A stretch of DNA of 64,000 bases from Vicugna vicugna (taxonomy: Eukaryota): the NCBI GenBank assembly GCA_013265495.1, contig MU058423.1:5438745-5502744 (forward strand), given 5' to 3'. This document shows positions 51,501-64,000 of the stretch, piece by piece (the first letter of the stretch is position 1; each line of letters begins with the position of its first letter). Under the pieces are notes generated by a model. The model searched no databases. It was not told where the DNA came from and saw only the letters and a list, made by a program, of their open reading frames with translations. The translations under genes and the position numbers were made by a program.

Positions 51501-52914
51501 CAAATACTAGTGCATCATGATAACAAATGAGTGTTCACACAGTTTTAAGACACAAAATGGTCAGGAAGACAGCTTTATATCTAATAAACACTTTACTACA
51601 TGATGTATTTAATTACGTATTTAAAAATCTATTGCATGTGAAAGCATGTTTGTAGTAGGCATTTGTTGGAAAAGGAAGTTGTTATTGCCCCCTATCTTGC
51701 AGTTAATGTAACTAGAAATGTAATTTTTTCATGCTTTCTTTCCTCTGATAACACACTCTTCTTTCTACCACAGCTACTAGTTTATATTTTCCAAGTCAAT
51801 TATTTGCTTGGCACACTATACATTTAGCTACTTTCAAATCCCTCAGCACACAATTCTCCCCGAGTACCTGACACTGATAATCCACTACTGAAGGCTTTCC
51901 TCATCTCTGGCTGAAGGAGACGTGTAAGGGGAGAGGAGTTGAAGTAAGATCTAACTCATTCATCTTCCACCTTACAAGATATACGTATTTTTTTCTCATG
52001 GGTGCTTTAATAAATCTGATTTTAATTAGAGTATAATGTTTCATAGAATCTGTCCAAAACAGAGATAAACATGGTATTTTTTCTTAGTTTGATTTAAATA
52101 AGTATAATAATTATAAAGTGACTAGATAATAAAAATTTAAATTTTAAATTTTAAATTTTTAAAAATAGAAGCCACAAATCTTCTATTTTCATACACTTGA
52201 CAGAAAGTAAGCCCACAATTAAATGCTCAATGAATGAAAAAAAGAAAAAAGAAATTTAAGAAGAAAATAAAACATGACGTATATTGAAGCTAATTTCATG
52301 AAAATATATTGTTAATTCCATATGAGAATAATTGTTACTACTAATTTCTTCTTAATTATAGTTAGGCACTGAATATTGTGTTTAAGATGTATATTTGTGG
52401 CTAGTTTTCACTGTCATACAAATCTGTGTGTTTGCAGTTAGGGTGGTGAAAAGAGCAAAATAATATGAACACTGCATAGTCTTCATAGAGGTCAAGTAAG
52501 ATTTGTTTCCACTAATGAACATCCAATTTGTGTTTTTTTTTTCCTGAAGCCTGAATCAATATTTTAGGTCATTCAAATATTGCTTACTTAAAATATTATA
52601 TAACATTTGATACAGAGAATATAATATGTTACTGCTGCACACTTATTTACTGTGAGATACTGAAGAATTAAGAAGACCTAATTAAAATACCTCTCACCCT
52701 GATGTCTCCTTAAGTACTCTGCTTAGATCACAAATTTTGCACTTAATCCATAACTTAAGATCTGTGTGGCAGCATGCAAATGTTTTTGCCAAAATACCAA
52801 ACCAATTCATGGAAAAGATATTTTAGATGGATACTAAATTGTTTTGTTATTATGCTATGTTTTTGCTACTATAAACAATTGTTCTGAACATGCTTTTGCA
52901 TTAAAGAAAGAATC

Positions 52915-53985
52915 ACAATGACATAGGTGAAAGGTGCAGAGATGTGGTATAGTCAAGACCATACCCTCAAGTACAAAACTCACAGACGAAAGAATAATAA
53001 CAAATCCAGGGGCTCTACCCAAGGGGCGAGCAGTCCAAGCCCCAAAATAGGCTCCCCAGCCCAGGCTCCTGTACTAGGAAGCTGAGCCCCTAGAACATCT
53101 TGCTTTGAAGGCCAGGAGGGCTTGCATGTGGGAGAGCCAGAGCACTGCAGGAAACAGAGACCCTGCTCTAAAAGGGCACATGCAAAATTTCATGTGCTCT
53201 GATCCCAGCACAGAGGTAGTGATTTCAAAGGAGCCTGGGTCAGACTCACCTGCTGATCTTGGAGAGCCGCCAGAAAAAGTAGGAGGCAACTGGCACTCCT
53301 CCTGGGGACACACACATTGGTGATAGCCATTCTGGGGAGCTCGTTCTACCATGAGGCCACTGGTGCTGGAAAGAACCATTCTGGAGTCTTCCCTCTAGCC
53401 TTCCACCAGTAGGCTGGCAGCAGCCCCAAGGTCCCCTGGACCTGCAGCCAGCTACATCAAGACCATGCCCTGTGCACCAGTGGGCTGGCAACCAACTAGA
53501 CCAGGGGGCAACCATCCTACCGCTGTGCCCACAGTAGTTGGCCCTGCCTCAACACTAGGGCCCATGTAGCCAACATGGGGGCACCCCTAGGGTATACAGC
53601 CCTGGTGACCAGAGAGGAATGTGCTGCTGTGCCCTCTGGTACTTCTCCTACATAAAGCCACTTCTGCAAAATTGGGAAATGTAACTGATTTACCTAATAC
53701 ATAAAAATAAAGAAAATGAGGCAAAATGAGGCAAAATGAGGCAAAAGAGGAGTATGTTCCAAATGAAGGGAGAAGACAAAACCCCAGAACAAGGAACAAA
53801 GTGAAATGGGGATAAGCAATCACATCAAACATCTTTTTTGACCACAACAGTATGAGACTAGACATCAACTATATGGAAAAAAAAACCTACAAAAAACAGA
53901 CACATGTGGAAACTAAACAATATCCTCTTAAACAACCAATGAGTCACTGAAAAAATTAAAGACAAAAATAAAAAAAGACAAAATG
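52915..53985 (+). mobile_element. LINE-1 5' end (5'UTR and ORF1 start) fused directly to the end of the ORF2 endonuclease
   Basis: GC-rich 5'UTR, ORF1 start MRQKRSMFQMK at 53736, then at 53821 catcaaacatcttttttgaccacaacagtatgagactaga (SIFSDHN.MRLE-like). Confidence 0.8.
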
Positions 53986-56430
53986 AGGACATAGTACTGA
54001 TGAGACAAACAGAACACAAACAGCAATATGACTTAATTACAACCAACTGCATCAATATCACACAAAATATAAACGGTTTAAACTTAAAGGCAGAGTTTGT
54101 AAGATTGAATAAAAGAGCAACACACCACTAACTGCATCGTATAACAAATACATTTCAAATATAAAGACTTATAAATTTAAACATTTTTTGAAGTTTTGTT
54201 TTAAAAAAGTGTCTTTATAACTCTAAGCAAAATAAAGCTGGTATAGTCTTATTAATAAAAGAAATAGATTTAAAAGCAAAGAATATTGTCAGAGATAAAG
54301 ATCATTTCCTAATAATAGAGTCAGTTCATCAAAGGACAGAACAATCTTAAACTCTACTTACTTAATAAGAGATTTGTAAAAAATTTGAACCCAAATCAGA
54401 TAGATTTGGAAGATGAACAGACAAGACCACAGTATAGTTAGAGTTCAATTTTCCTTTCATTAGTTACCAAAAAAAAAAAAAGGCAGAAAATTAGTTACAG
54501 CATTAAAAACCTGTATAATACTATCAACCAACTTGAACTGACATTTATAAAACAAATGTCTACTCAACAACTTGAGTTTTTGTTTTCCAGAACATAAAGA
54601 ATATTTACCAAGCAGATCACATTGTAGGCTATAAAACACACTATGTTTTAAAATATTCAAGCAATATGGAGTATGTTCCTTATCCACATAAAATTAAATT
54701 AGGAATATTTTAAGAGTAATAATGTGCTTCTATACAATCCATAGGTCAAATAAGAAATGAAAAGAAATTACTGGAGCTGAATGAAAATAAAATATTATGT
54801 CAAATTTTTGAGGAATGTGATGAAAGCAGTAATTAGAGGAAGATTTGTGGCACTAAATAAATTAGCAAAGAATACTCAATATTAGGAAAGAACTCAAGAT
54901 GAATACCCACATCTTCCATTTTAAGAAATAAGGAAAGATGAGCTTAGCAAATACAAACTAAGTAAAAGAAAGAAGCAAAGATAAATTAAGTATGAAATAA
55001 ACAAAATACAATAGGGAAATCAGTGAAATCAAAAGCTGGTTCTTTGGTAATATCAATCAAAGTTGATAAATTTCTAGCCCTAAATATCAAGAACACAGCG
55101 AGAAAACAAAAACTACCAATATAAGGCATGAGAAACAGTACAGATTTTACATTCATTAAAGGGCAATAAGGGAATGTTAAGAACAACCTTGATGAATATA
55201 TTCTACCACTTATATGAAATGGAAAAATTCCTTGAAGGACCCAAACTACCTAAACTTACTAAGAAGAAATATATAACATGGGTAGCTTGATATTTATGAT
55301 AGAAATCGAAATTTTAACAGAATCCTTCATACAAAGGACACTTCATGCAAAGGCCCAGATGTTGTGACGGCCTGAAACTACCAACTATTTAAGAAAGAAA
55401 TCATATTAAATCCACGCAAACTTTTCCAGAGATGCAGATGAGGGAATGCTTTCCAAGTTATTCCGTAATGCCAGTATTACCCAGATACCTAGACTCAACA
55501 AAGTATTATAAGAAAAGTAAACTGCAGACCAGTATCTTCATAACACTGTTGCAAAAATTCTAAACACATTTTTAACATTTTGACTCCAACAATCTATAAA
55601 AAGGAAAATGGGTTAGGGCCAACTGGGATTTCTCAGGAGTGGGGTATTTGTTTAACACTCAAAAATCAATACATGCAATTGACTATGTTGAAACTTAACA
55701 AGAAAAATCATATGATACTCTCAAAATAGGTAGGAAAAACATCTTCCAAAATCTAACATTCATTCCTGATAAAATAATTTGAAGGAATCTTTTCTATGAT
55801 TAAAAAAAATGAAACAAAACTGTGAGTTAAGAACATACAAAATGGTCAGTGACTGAATGCTTTTCTCCTAAAATCACAATACAAAAAGGATACTGGTTTT
55901 CACCACTTCTGTTCATAACTGTATTGGAATTCTAGTCAGTGCAATAAAGCAAGGAAAAGAAAACAGACATTGGATTCGAAAGAAAGACACTGAACAGTGT
56001 TAATGTATACATACGATTGTGTAGAAAATCCAACAGAATGTACAAAAAATCCACTAGAATTAATAATTATGTTTAGTGATATTGTAGGATACAAGGTTAA
56101 CTTATAAGAGTAATTTTTCATTCTATTTATCACCAACAGATACTTGGGAAGTGAAATTTAAGGAAAAAAAACCACACCAAAATAGCCTCAAAATATAAAC
56201 ACTTATGAATAAATCTGGTATATAATCAACTCAATACACCTGAAAAGACAATTTTACAAAATCCAACTACCATTCCTCATTAAGATCTGTATGAACTAGG
56301 AGTAGAAGGGAACTTCCGAAACAAGGTAAAAATATACATGAGCGATCTACAGCTGCCACTTCGTATAATGGTGAAAACAGAATGACACTATCTTAATAGC
56401 AAGTAAGGATGTCAACTCTCATTATGTCTG
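53986..56430 (+). mobile_element. Old LINE-1 (L1M4-like) ORF2: endonuclease to RT, plus a second RT fragment at ~56220-56430
   Basis: aatataaacggtttaaac, ggcccagatg, ctgcagaccagtatcttcat, caccacttctgttcataactgtattggaattctag, gtaggatacaaggttaa. Confidence 0.8.
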
Positions 56431-58554
56431 TTGATCTATTCATATGTGTGTATGTGTGCTTATATATGTATATAAATTGTTACCTATACATTTATACACA
56501 CACATATATATATTATAGTAAAGTTTACAACTGTTAATGACAAGAAATATGGTGATCCTGATTCTACTAATCAAATAATTATAGATGTTAGGTAAGTATG
56601 TAGCTAGATTTAGAAAAAGGTAAGCAGGTTATAAAATATTCTTTCTTTATACAATGTTTAATTATTATGGTACTTGTAGTCAAAATACTGAGGCAAATCA
56701 ACAGCAAAAATGAAAGAAATATCCATGAAAATATGTCTTTTCTATGCAAACATGTTAAAATTTTGGCATAAATGTCAGAATGAAAGTTTAAATTGTACAA
56801 GTTTTCCTTTAAAATATTAACCTATCTCATTTGATGCATTATTTATACAAAATATTGTTTATATGGAATTCAGCACGGTGTAGAGAAATGCATAGTATCT
56901 AAGAGATGATGGTATGTGTGCAATATTGGGATTTGTGTTTCAGTATTCAGAGACTTAATTTCCTGATTTACAAGATTACCTGACCATTTATTCCACAAGT
57001 TTTGTTTGGTTCAATATAACTTTGGGTTTTGTTTATAGAGATATTACATGGCATTAATACTGACAAAAAAGCATAATGGAGGCCACAACTTTCAAGTTAC
57101 AAAAAGTTTAGAAAATACTCAGTATGCTTAAATATGTGTAATTTATTGATATGTTGTTAGAAACACAAACTCTACCCTTTGATAATAAAAATTAAAAATT
57201 TCGGTAAGTATATCTTTAAATTACTGAAAAAATTTCTCTCAAATGTTTCAATAAACTAAAAAATAATCTGCTGGAATATTTCACTGACTAGGTAAAGATA
57301 AATTCATGTCATGACATTACTTAAATCAGGTATTAACATTATTGTAGAAATAAACTGGAAATCTTTATTGTTTTGTTTTGATAATGCTAATATTTATGTT
57401 CGAGCACCTAGTTTCTGTAAAGACAAATATTCAGTGAATACACTAGGATGATTTGTTGGAAGCAGTAGGCAATCTGAAGAACTAATGGAATGTTGTTGGG
57501 AAAATGACAGCTAAAGACATAAATTGGAGCTGTCAGCATGGTGGTAATAATGCAACTGCAAACTCAAGAGGAAAAGGTCAGGTAAGAATAGCAAATAAGG
57601 GCAGAGAATAAGTCTTATTCAGATTAAGATACAGTAAAGTGTCACTTAGCACAGAAGGAAACATGCTTTGATGTAAGACTACAAATATTACAAAAAGAGG
57701 AACAAGTGATAAAAATTTACCTAGTCATTGATGGAAAAATAAAATGAAACCCTTGTATTCCTTAACTAAAAATTTGCTCTGGATCACCCATAGATCTGAT
57801 CTTCATAGTGGAAGTAAAATAAAATACAGTTTTAAATAGTCAAGGACGTTCAAAGAATGAGAAGTAGAACAGATAATAAAGCCATGAGTAAAATTACTTA
57901 GCAGGACTTAGAGCTACAGATATTGATAATTATGTCATCCATATATATGGAGCCTAAAAAGCAAATGCTAGGAGTAAAGTAAAAAGCCGGAAAGAATTAA
58001 CCTCCACATTAGTAAATCTAATATTTAAAACTTTAAGGGTATGTTTCAACAGATTATGTCTTTTCCTTTTGTCTGAATGATAACTTTCAAGTAAGTTAAT
58101 GCTCTTCTCTATATGAACTGTTAATATTTAGTTGTCTTTGTGGTTAGATACGGAAGAAAAAGAGTATGAAGGCAAGGATGAGAAAAGCCATTTTACTTTA
58201 TCATGATGTAATATCTTACTTTTTTAATTAAAAAGTAATACATTAATTCAGGCTATTCCATCAGTGGCTTGTTGGTTTGTATGCCTTTTTTAAAGTAACT
58301 CCAAAGACATGATAATCACCCACAAAAAAGAGACTAGGGAAGTCTTTAATAATTGATATTGTAATAAAAGAGTAGTCACTACTTTTAGAATAACTAAAGT
58401 GCCACTAGAGAAAAATATATGCATATAGAAAAAATATTTATTGAAAAAGACATTGTACTGCAACTAAAGATGAAAGATGAAAGTAAAGATGAGAGCTGCA
58501 AATAAAAATGCAATCCCTTTAAATATTTTTCCTATTAATTTTTAAGCAAATAAA

Positions 58555-58990
58555 GCTTGCTTAGGACTTCAGTTGCATAAGAACCATCCTATTCCTATTA
58601 AGGAATTCTTATTAAGGTTTATTAAGGCTCAGAATGATGACTCGTTGTCTCTCAGTGAGATCCTGTGGGGAGGAGGGGGTTGGCCATTCTTTTCCTCGTG
58701 GTCTTGGCTAGGATGCTAGAACAAGTCCAGCTGTAGACTCAACTGTGGGTGCAGTTACTGCTGTTGGCCAGAGACTTGATTTCCTTCCAGTAACCTCTTC
58801 ACATGGTTGCTAGGAATGCCTTAGGGCATTATGATTGGGTTCCAAGAAGATACATTCAGGAAGAAGCATTCAAAGAGAAAAAAAGTGAAATTGGTCAGAC
58901 CAAGTAAGGGAATCCACATAGGAGAGAACTTCCTAAGGGACTAGACACAGACAAGCCTGGTCACTAAAACAGAGAACTATTAATGTTCAC
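58555..58990 (-). mobile_element. Old MLT1-family MaLR LTR
   Basis: ttcagttgca...tgctgttggccagagactt.atttcctt...cctcttcacatggttgct...tgggttccaagaag...tggtcact. Confidence 0.55.
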
Positions 58991-59460
58991 AATGACAGCA
59001 AATCACCATCCTTAAAAAAACAGATTTAATTTTTATAAATATGAAAGTCTTGAAACCTGGCTTGCTGAATATAAAAAGTAATTGATCTAAACAATACACT
59101 TGTATTCCCTAAAGGGAAGGGAGAGATTGTCAGAATGATCAAGTGAAGAGACTAATTTCTATATGGTTCTAAAGTTATATACACAAAATATTATGACAAT
59201 TGACAGGTGTTTTGAGATTAGTGAATAATCTCCCAAGGCAAGTAGGTTAAACTGTAACAATTAGATGTGAAGTTTTGATGCATGATGTTTAAAACTTTTA
59301 TTTTAGAATATATGTGGGTAGATATGATGTGTAGTGATTATATGTTAAGTTGATCTATATTAATATTGAAAACTTACAGCTCTACAAATAGTCAAAGATC
59401 AAGACAATATACAATACCATGCAAACTAAGCAGTATATAAACACATCAAAAAATAAGTAG

Positions 59461-59608
59461 GGGTGGGGACGATATAGCTCAGTGATAGAGGGAGTGCTTA
59501 TTATGCATGAGGTCCTGGGTTCAATCCCCAGTACCTCCATAAAATAAATGAATAAATAAAAATAAACCCAATTACCTACCCACCCCCCAAAAAAATAATT
59601 TAAAAAAA
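59461..59608 (+). mobile_element. tRNA-derived SINE (camelid vic-1-like)
   Basis: tatagctcagtgatagag (A box), gggttcaatcccc (B box), acccaattacct and A tail. Approximate TSD aaaaaataagt / aaaaaaaaagt. Confidence 0.9.
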
Positions 59609-60707
59609 AAGTGAGAAGAATCACCTCTCTAGTCATGTCATTTAGGTGGGATATTAGCATTTATGGTTGAGCACATGAGAAATCTGACTCTTCAAGCATT
59701 AAATGCAACTAATAGTAGTGCAGAAATGCAGAGAAAGCTATGAAGTTGGCATAGACAATAGCACAGGAAAAAGCAGAGGGGATAACATCCGGGGTCACAG
59801 CAAACATTATGCCCTAGGACTTTCCGGTAAGGGCACCCCCATCTCCGCCTACAGAGAATGCAGGGCTGCCCACAGGCATTGACCCTGGAAGTCATCCGTC
59901 CCATCACTGCCTCCCTAGGACACGGTGTTGCCCCACTGCTGTTCTACCTGCTTAGAAAATGATTACACTGTGGTCTGTGTTCGGGTTGCCACTGGCTCCC
60001 AATTCGAAGTCTGGTGTGCTGACTCCTTCCTGTACAGTGTGGTGGCCCTTTTTCCAACCAAGACTTTATAGGAAGAAAATGGGGCTTTATGACTTTTCCC
60101 TTTCCCACTTTCACTGAAAAGCCCTCTTTTCCTGGACCCCAAAAAATAATAATAATAATAATAATTTTGACAAACTGAACTATTTCTCCTTTTCTGGAAA
60201 TGTATTTCATTAAATTTTTTTTAATTCTTCACTAATTCAAATATAAGAAAGAGTCTGGTCTTACAAATCTTCTCTTTTAGTGTATAAGGTTAAGAAGGAT
60301 CAAATCAATTGGACAATCAGATTAGCTGAACATCCCTTCGGTTTTATAATAACATTGAGGTTCTGTCTCAGACCTACAATAGCAAGAAATGAAATGCAAG
60401 TCAGAAACAATGATAACAGAAATATAGCTTTTATTTTCTACAGAGTGGAAAATCTGATAGAGAACACATGGAATGTTCTCAAAATTCTAGTTGTTAAAAC
60501 AGTTTTTAAAAGATTCTTATTCTTAATATCTCTAAATATGTGCATTACAAGCAGTTTCTCTCAACTAGGCGATTTTTTAAATTAACATGTCTCTAAAATC
60601 ATACAAAATAATGTTTTACTTTCTTTATGGTGACTTTTTTTTTTAATTCAAGCACATTTGAATAAAATAGTAAAATACAACAAATTATTCCTGTTGTAAG
60701 TTAGCTT

Positions 60708-61287
60708 TGAAGAGATTCAGAGTATGCCATCCCAAAATAAACCACTCTGGCACAGATTATTATGAGCTGAAGGCAACTGAGGAAACAACTCCAGTAGGAG
60801 CTCTCTGTTCCCCTCAAGCCTGCCTGAAAACAGAACATAAATTCACCTGGTGAAAGTTTAGCCCCTTCCCCTGCTTTTGTACCAAGAAGCGGATGACAAG
60901 CTTATCACTAGAAGTTAAACAGCATCTAGAAAGAATCCACACAAACTTTACCAACTAGCCCTGATCTGCCATTAGTTTCTCTGTGTATTCACCTTTCCAC
61001 ATTTGCCAGAAGCTCCAAGTCCTTTTTCTTTGTCTTGTCACTTTCTACAAAATTATTGTTCCATCTTAAAATGCTTATAATGCATTTCATAAAATGCTAT
61101 ATAAGATCCAAGTTCTAACCACCCCTTTCAGTGTGTGAGTTTCTCCCACATGAATGCACACTGCACATGTTAATAAACTTGTGTTTGTTTTTCTTTTGTT
61201 AATTGTCTTTTGTCAGTGTAGCTTATAGGGCGCTAGCCAAGAAACAAACCTAGGAAGGTAGAGGGAACAAATTTTTCCTTCTCTGAA
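60708..61287 (+). mobile_element. MER34-like ERV1 solo LTR, complete
   Basis: tgaagagattcagagtatgccatcccaaaata..ccactctggca..gattatt.tgagctgaaggcaa, TATA-like tatataa, and aataaa. Perfect 4-bp TSD gctt at 60704-60707 and 61288-61291. Confidence 0.85.
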
Positions 61288-61299
61288 GCTTGAAGGTAA

Positions 61300-61750
61300 A
61301 TCAGTACACAGTAATGGAAAGAATGTATTGTAAAGTATTTTTTAAATATATGGCACAGAGATGTATAACCTGAATATAATCACGAGGAAACATCCAACAA
61401 AAACAGAGAGAACTTGTACAAAATAACTGACCAGTGTTATTTAGAAAAGTCAAGTGCACAGACAAAAGTGGACTGAGAAATGTTCCAAAATAAGGGAAAA
61501 GAAAACATGACAATTAAATTCCTTTACACACAGAAAAAAAGGCATTAGGGAACAAATAAAACAATTTGCATATGATCTATGCATTACTTAGTAGTTTTAT
61601 GTTGAAGCTATCTTCCTGGTTTTGATCACTGTACTCTTGTTAAATAAGATGTTCGGGGGAGCTAGGTGAAGAGCACATGGGGATTCTTTGTACTAATTCT
61701 GCAATTTTCAATAGATCTGAAACCATTTCAAAATTAAAAGTTAAATAAAG
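61300..61750 (+). mobile_element. L1MC/L1ME 3'UTR fragment
   Basis: aacctgaatataatcacgaggaaacatc...acatgacaattaaat...ggattctttgtactaattctgcaattttc...tttcaaaattaaaagtt. Confidence 0.75.
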
Positions 61751-62477
61751 TTGAAAAGAAATGAACACACAGCATGAATACTTATGATAGTTTGTAGTTG
61801 TGCAGCTCTGTAGACCATTGTTCCTTGTAACCAGGTTAAATGAGGAATTGGACTTTACTTAGCAAAAACATTCCACATATTGATGTAAACTTTACTCCTG
61901 GTGTCTCAAATTTTCACAGGATTCCAGTCAGCAGTGGGTGCAGTTAATGGGTTTTCTATACACAGATATTTTAAGGTACATTCAACATGAAATGTGCACT
62001 AATATATACTAAAGATTTTTCATTTATACGTTCATTTTCAGTAAATATCTTAATGATATTCATTATATAAAAAGTGAAAAACTAATCACAAGACTTTCTA
62101 AAAGAAGGCAAAACTAAAGCAAAGATATTTGACCTATGTCTTCATTTCCCATAAGATAAATTCCAAACCCCTTATGAACAGTGTATTGGAAAAACTGAGA
62201 TGAAAGGATAAAAATTTGTGGCCTGGCAGAAGGGTTCAAGAAGCCTGAACCAATGCAGATGCTCTGAAGATAAAACAACGGGATGAATAAGGGAGACACA
62301 CTGGTGTAAAGTTTCTGAAGACCGTGTTTCCCCTAGAATTGAAGGACAAAACAATTTTCCACTCCTCACTCTATTTAGGGTAATTTGTTTCATCCCATCC
62401 TGGTATCAGTCAAATTCTGTGACTTTTTGTATTTTTGTTTCTGTTTACTGAAAGTCTGAGGCCTTAAAAATCAATAT

Positions 62478-62804
62478 GATATCATTTATATGTGGAATCT
62501 AAAGAAAAGGCACAAATAAACTTATTTACAAAACAGAAACAGACTCATAGACATAAACAAACTTATGGTTACCAGAGAGGAAAGGGGGTGGGAAGGGATA
62601 AACTGGGAGTTTGAGATTTGCAGATACTAATTACGATATATAAAATAGATAAACAAGCTTATACTGTGTAGTACAGGGTTCTATGTTCAATATAAAGAAA
62701 AATAATATGATAAGGAATGTATGTACATATATGTATGACTGAAACACTGTGTTGTACACCAGAAATTAATATAACATTGTAAATTGACTATACTTCAGTT
62801 TAAA
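62478..62804 (+). mobile_element. Short young L1 3'UTR insertion
   Basis: Similar to the 3'UTR at 49445-49795, with poly(A). TSD aaaaatcaatat (62466-62477) / aaaaaacaatat (62805-62816). Confidence 0.9.
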
Positions 62805-64000
62805 AAAAAACAATATCTAGTTAACAACTTAGGCAATCAAGATTTTATCTTCACATAGGCATTGTCTTCCCTGTTTAAAGTTCTTTCCTCTCTCATTTAC
62901 CCTGGGTCTGAGGGAAACGTCAGGCAACATTATCATGCAAGGAAAGGGTTCGTGTGCGTTTGGGCCCCGGTCCTTCTCTGTTGATTAACGTCATCAACTT
63001 CTGTTTTGGAGAGGACCTCCAATCACTGGTTAAAAGTCTGTAGATAGTCTGGTGTAGATCATACTTGGCAGAAATCCCTGGGAGAATCAGCTGGATGTAC
63101 TTTCTGACACCGTGTGTCAGGGTCACGATGGCCCCATTTCTTTGTCCCATGCTGAGATGGTCTCTGAGAAGTGGACAGACTCACTTTTATGAAACCCCTG
63201 TACCTTCAGGGCTGAGAAGCTGATCGTAACCTGTATCACATAATTTGAGGACATCAGCAGACCGGGGACAAGTGGAAATGGCAACCTGTCCTCTTCCATC
63301 GAATGACACCCCCTGCCATCTCTCTCCTGTTATCTCCCACCTTCCCCTCCATTCAGACAGGATGTGTAATACAGAGACTGCCTCTCTGAATTCCACCTAG
63401 GAAGGGAAAGTTAGCTGATCTTCCCTGTCCCTTGGACACAAATCATCCAGTGGGGAAACCTTCTCATTTCCCACCCAGCATTCTATCTAGGCTAAAGAAT
63501 GAGCCTTCTTTTATGTGCAACGAATTCCTACTTTGAGTTTTATTCTCGTGTGGATGAAAAGAACGATAATAAAGTGGCATGCTTCAATTAATATTTAGTG
63601 AAAGTAATTTATCACTTTGAATAGTATTCCAGTACTGAGATAAAATGACAGCATTGCTTCCCCTGTGTTTTTTGAGAAGAATTGTAGATTCAGATTTATC
63701 TGAATATGATTTCCCCTTTCCATCATCCTCTCCATTGGTATTCTCACTGGACTGCCTTATCCTCTCTTCTCACATAATAACGTGGAATGATCAAGGGAAA
63801 TCCTTTTTGTTGAGGCTCAACATCCTAAACCAGGATATTGAGCACAATTGAAATTTAAATGTGATGATGTGCTAGTATATGGAGATGATGGAGATGGGAC
63901 AGGACTGCTAATGGTTAACCCCTCCTTAGCAGGTTTATTTGGCAGGTGTTTGTCTTCACAGAAGGTGAGTTTTATTTAGTCTTGACTTATTGGGCCTGAA

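Noticed and set aside
52130..52166. AT-only quasi-palindrome (ttttaaa)n
   Set aside because: This is low-complexity slippage sequence, expected in AT-rich DNA.
53074..53600. GC-rich stretch with overlapping ORFs as a gene promoter or CDS (also 10315-11351)
   Set aside because: Both are CpG-decayed L1 5'UTRs directly upstream of ORF1 remnants.
59690..60135. GC-richer patch, possibly an old TE or regulatory element
   Set aside because: I could not assign a family, termini, splice structure or motif with any confidence.

Overview
This is AT-rich, CpG-poor mammalian genomic DNA, almost certainly camelid (alpaca, llama or camel): it holds three copies of a short tRNA-derived SINE resembling the camelid vic-1 type, and I recognised no Alu, Bov-tA/BovB, PRE-1 or CAN-SINE. 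Much of the window is decayed transposable elements. These include a ~11.5 kb same-strand LINE-1 pile (10.3-21.7 kb), a nested L1/LTR/L1 stack (34.1-38.1 kb), other L1 pieces, old L2 and MIR fragments, solo LTRs (MER21-, MER34-, LTR16/LTR33- and MLT1-like) and hAT DNA-transposon relics. I found no intact or recognisable protein-coding gene, RNA gene or CRISPR array. The supplied ORFs are L1 remnants or chance ORFs, so the window looks intergenic or deep intronic. No novel biological system is demonstrated. The best leads are: (i) short minus-strand exon-like segments with good splice sites and compatible phases, consistent with the plus-strand bias of the L1s; (ii) an unexplained ~230-codon minus-strand frame with only two stops at 7.1-7.8 kb; (iii) several unusual retroelement architectures; and (iv) a perfect 40-bp tandem duplication carrying a GC box. 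Family names come from my recollection of consensus sequences, and boundaries are approximate unless target-site duplications (TSDs) are given.
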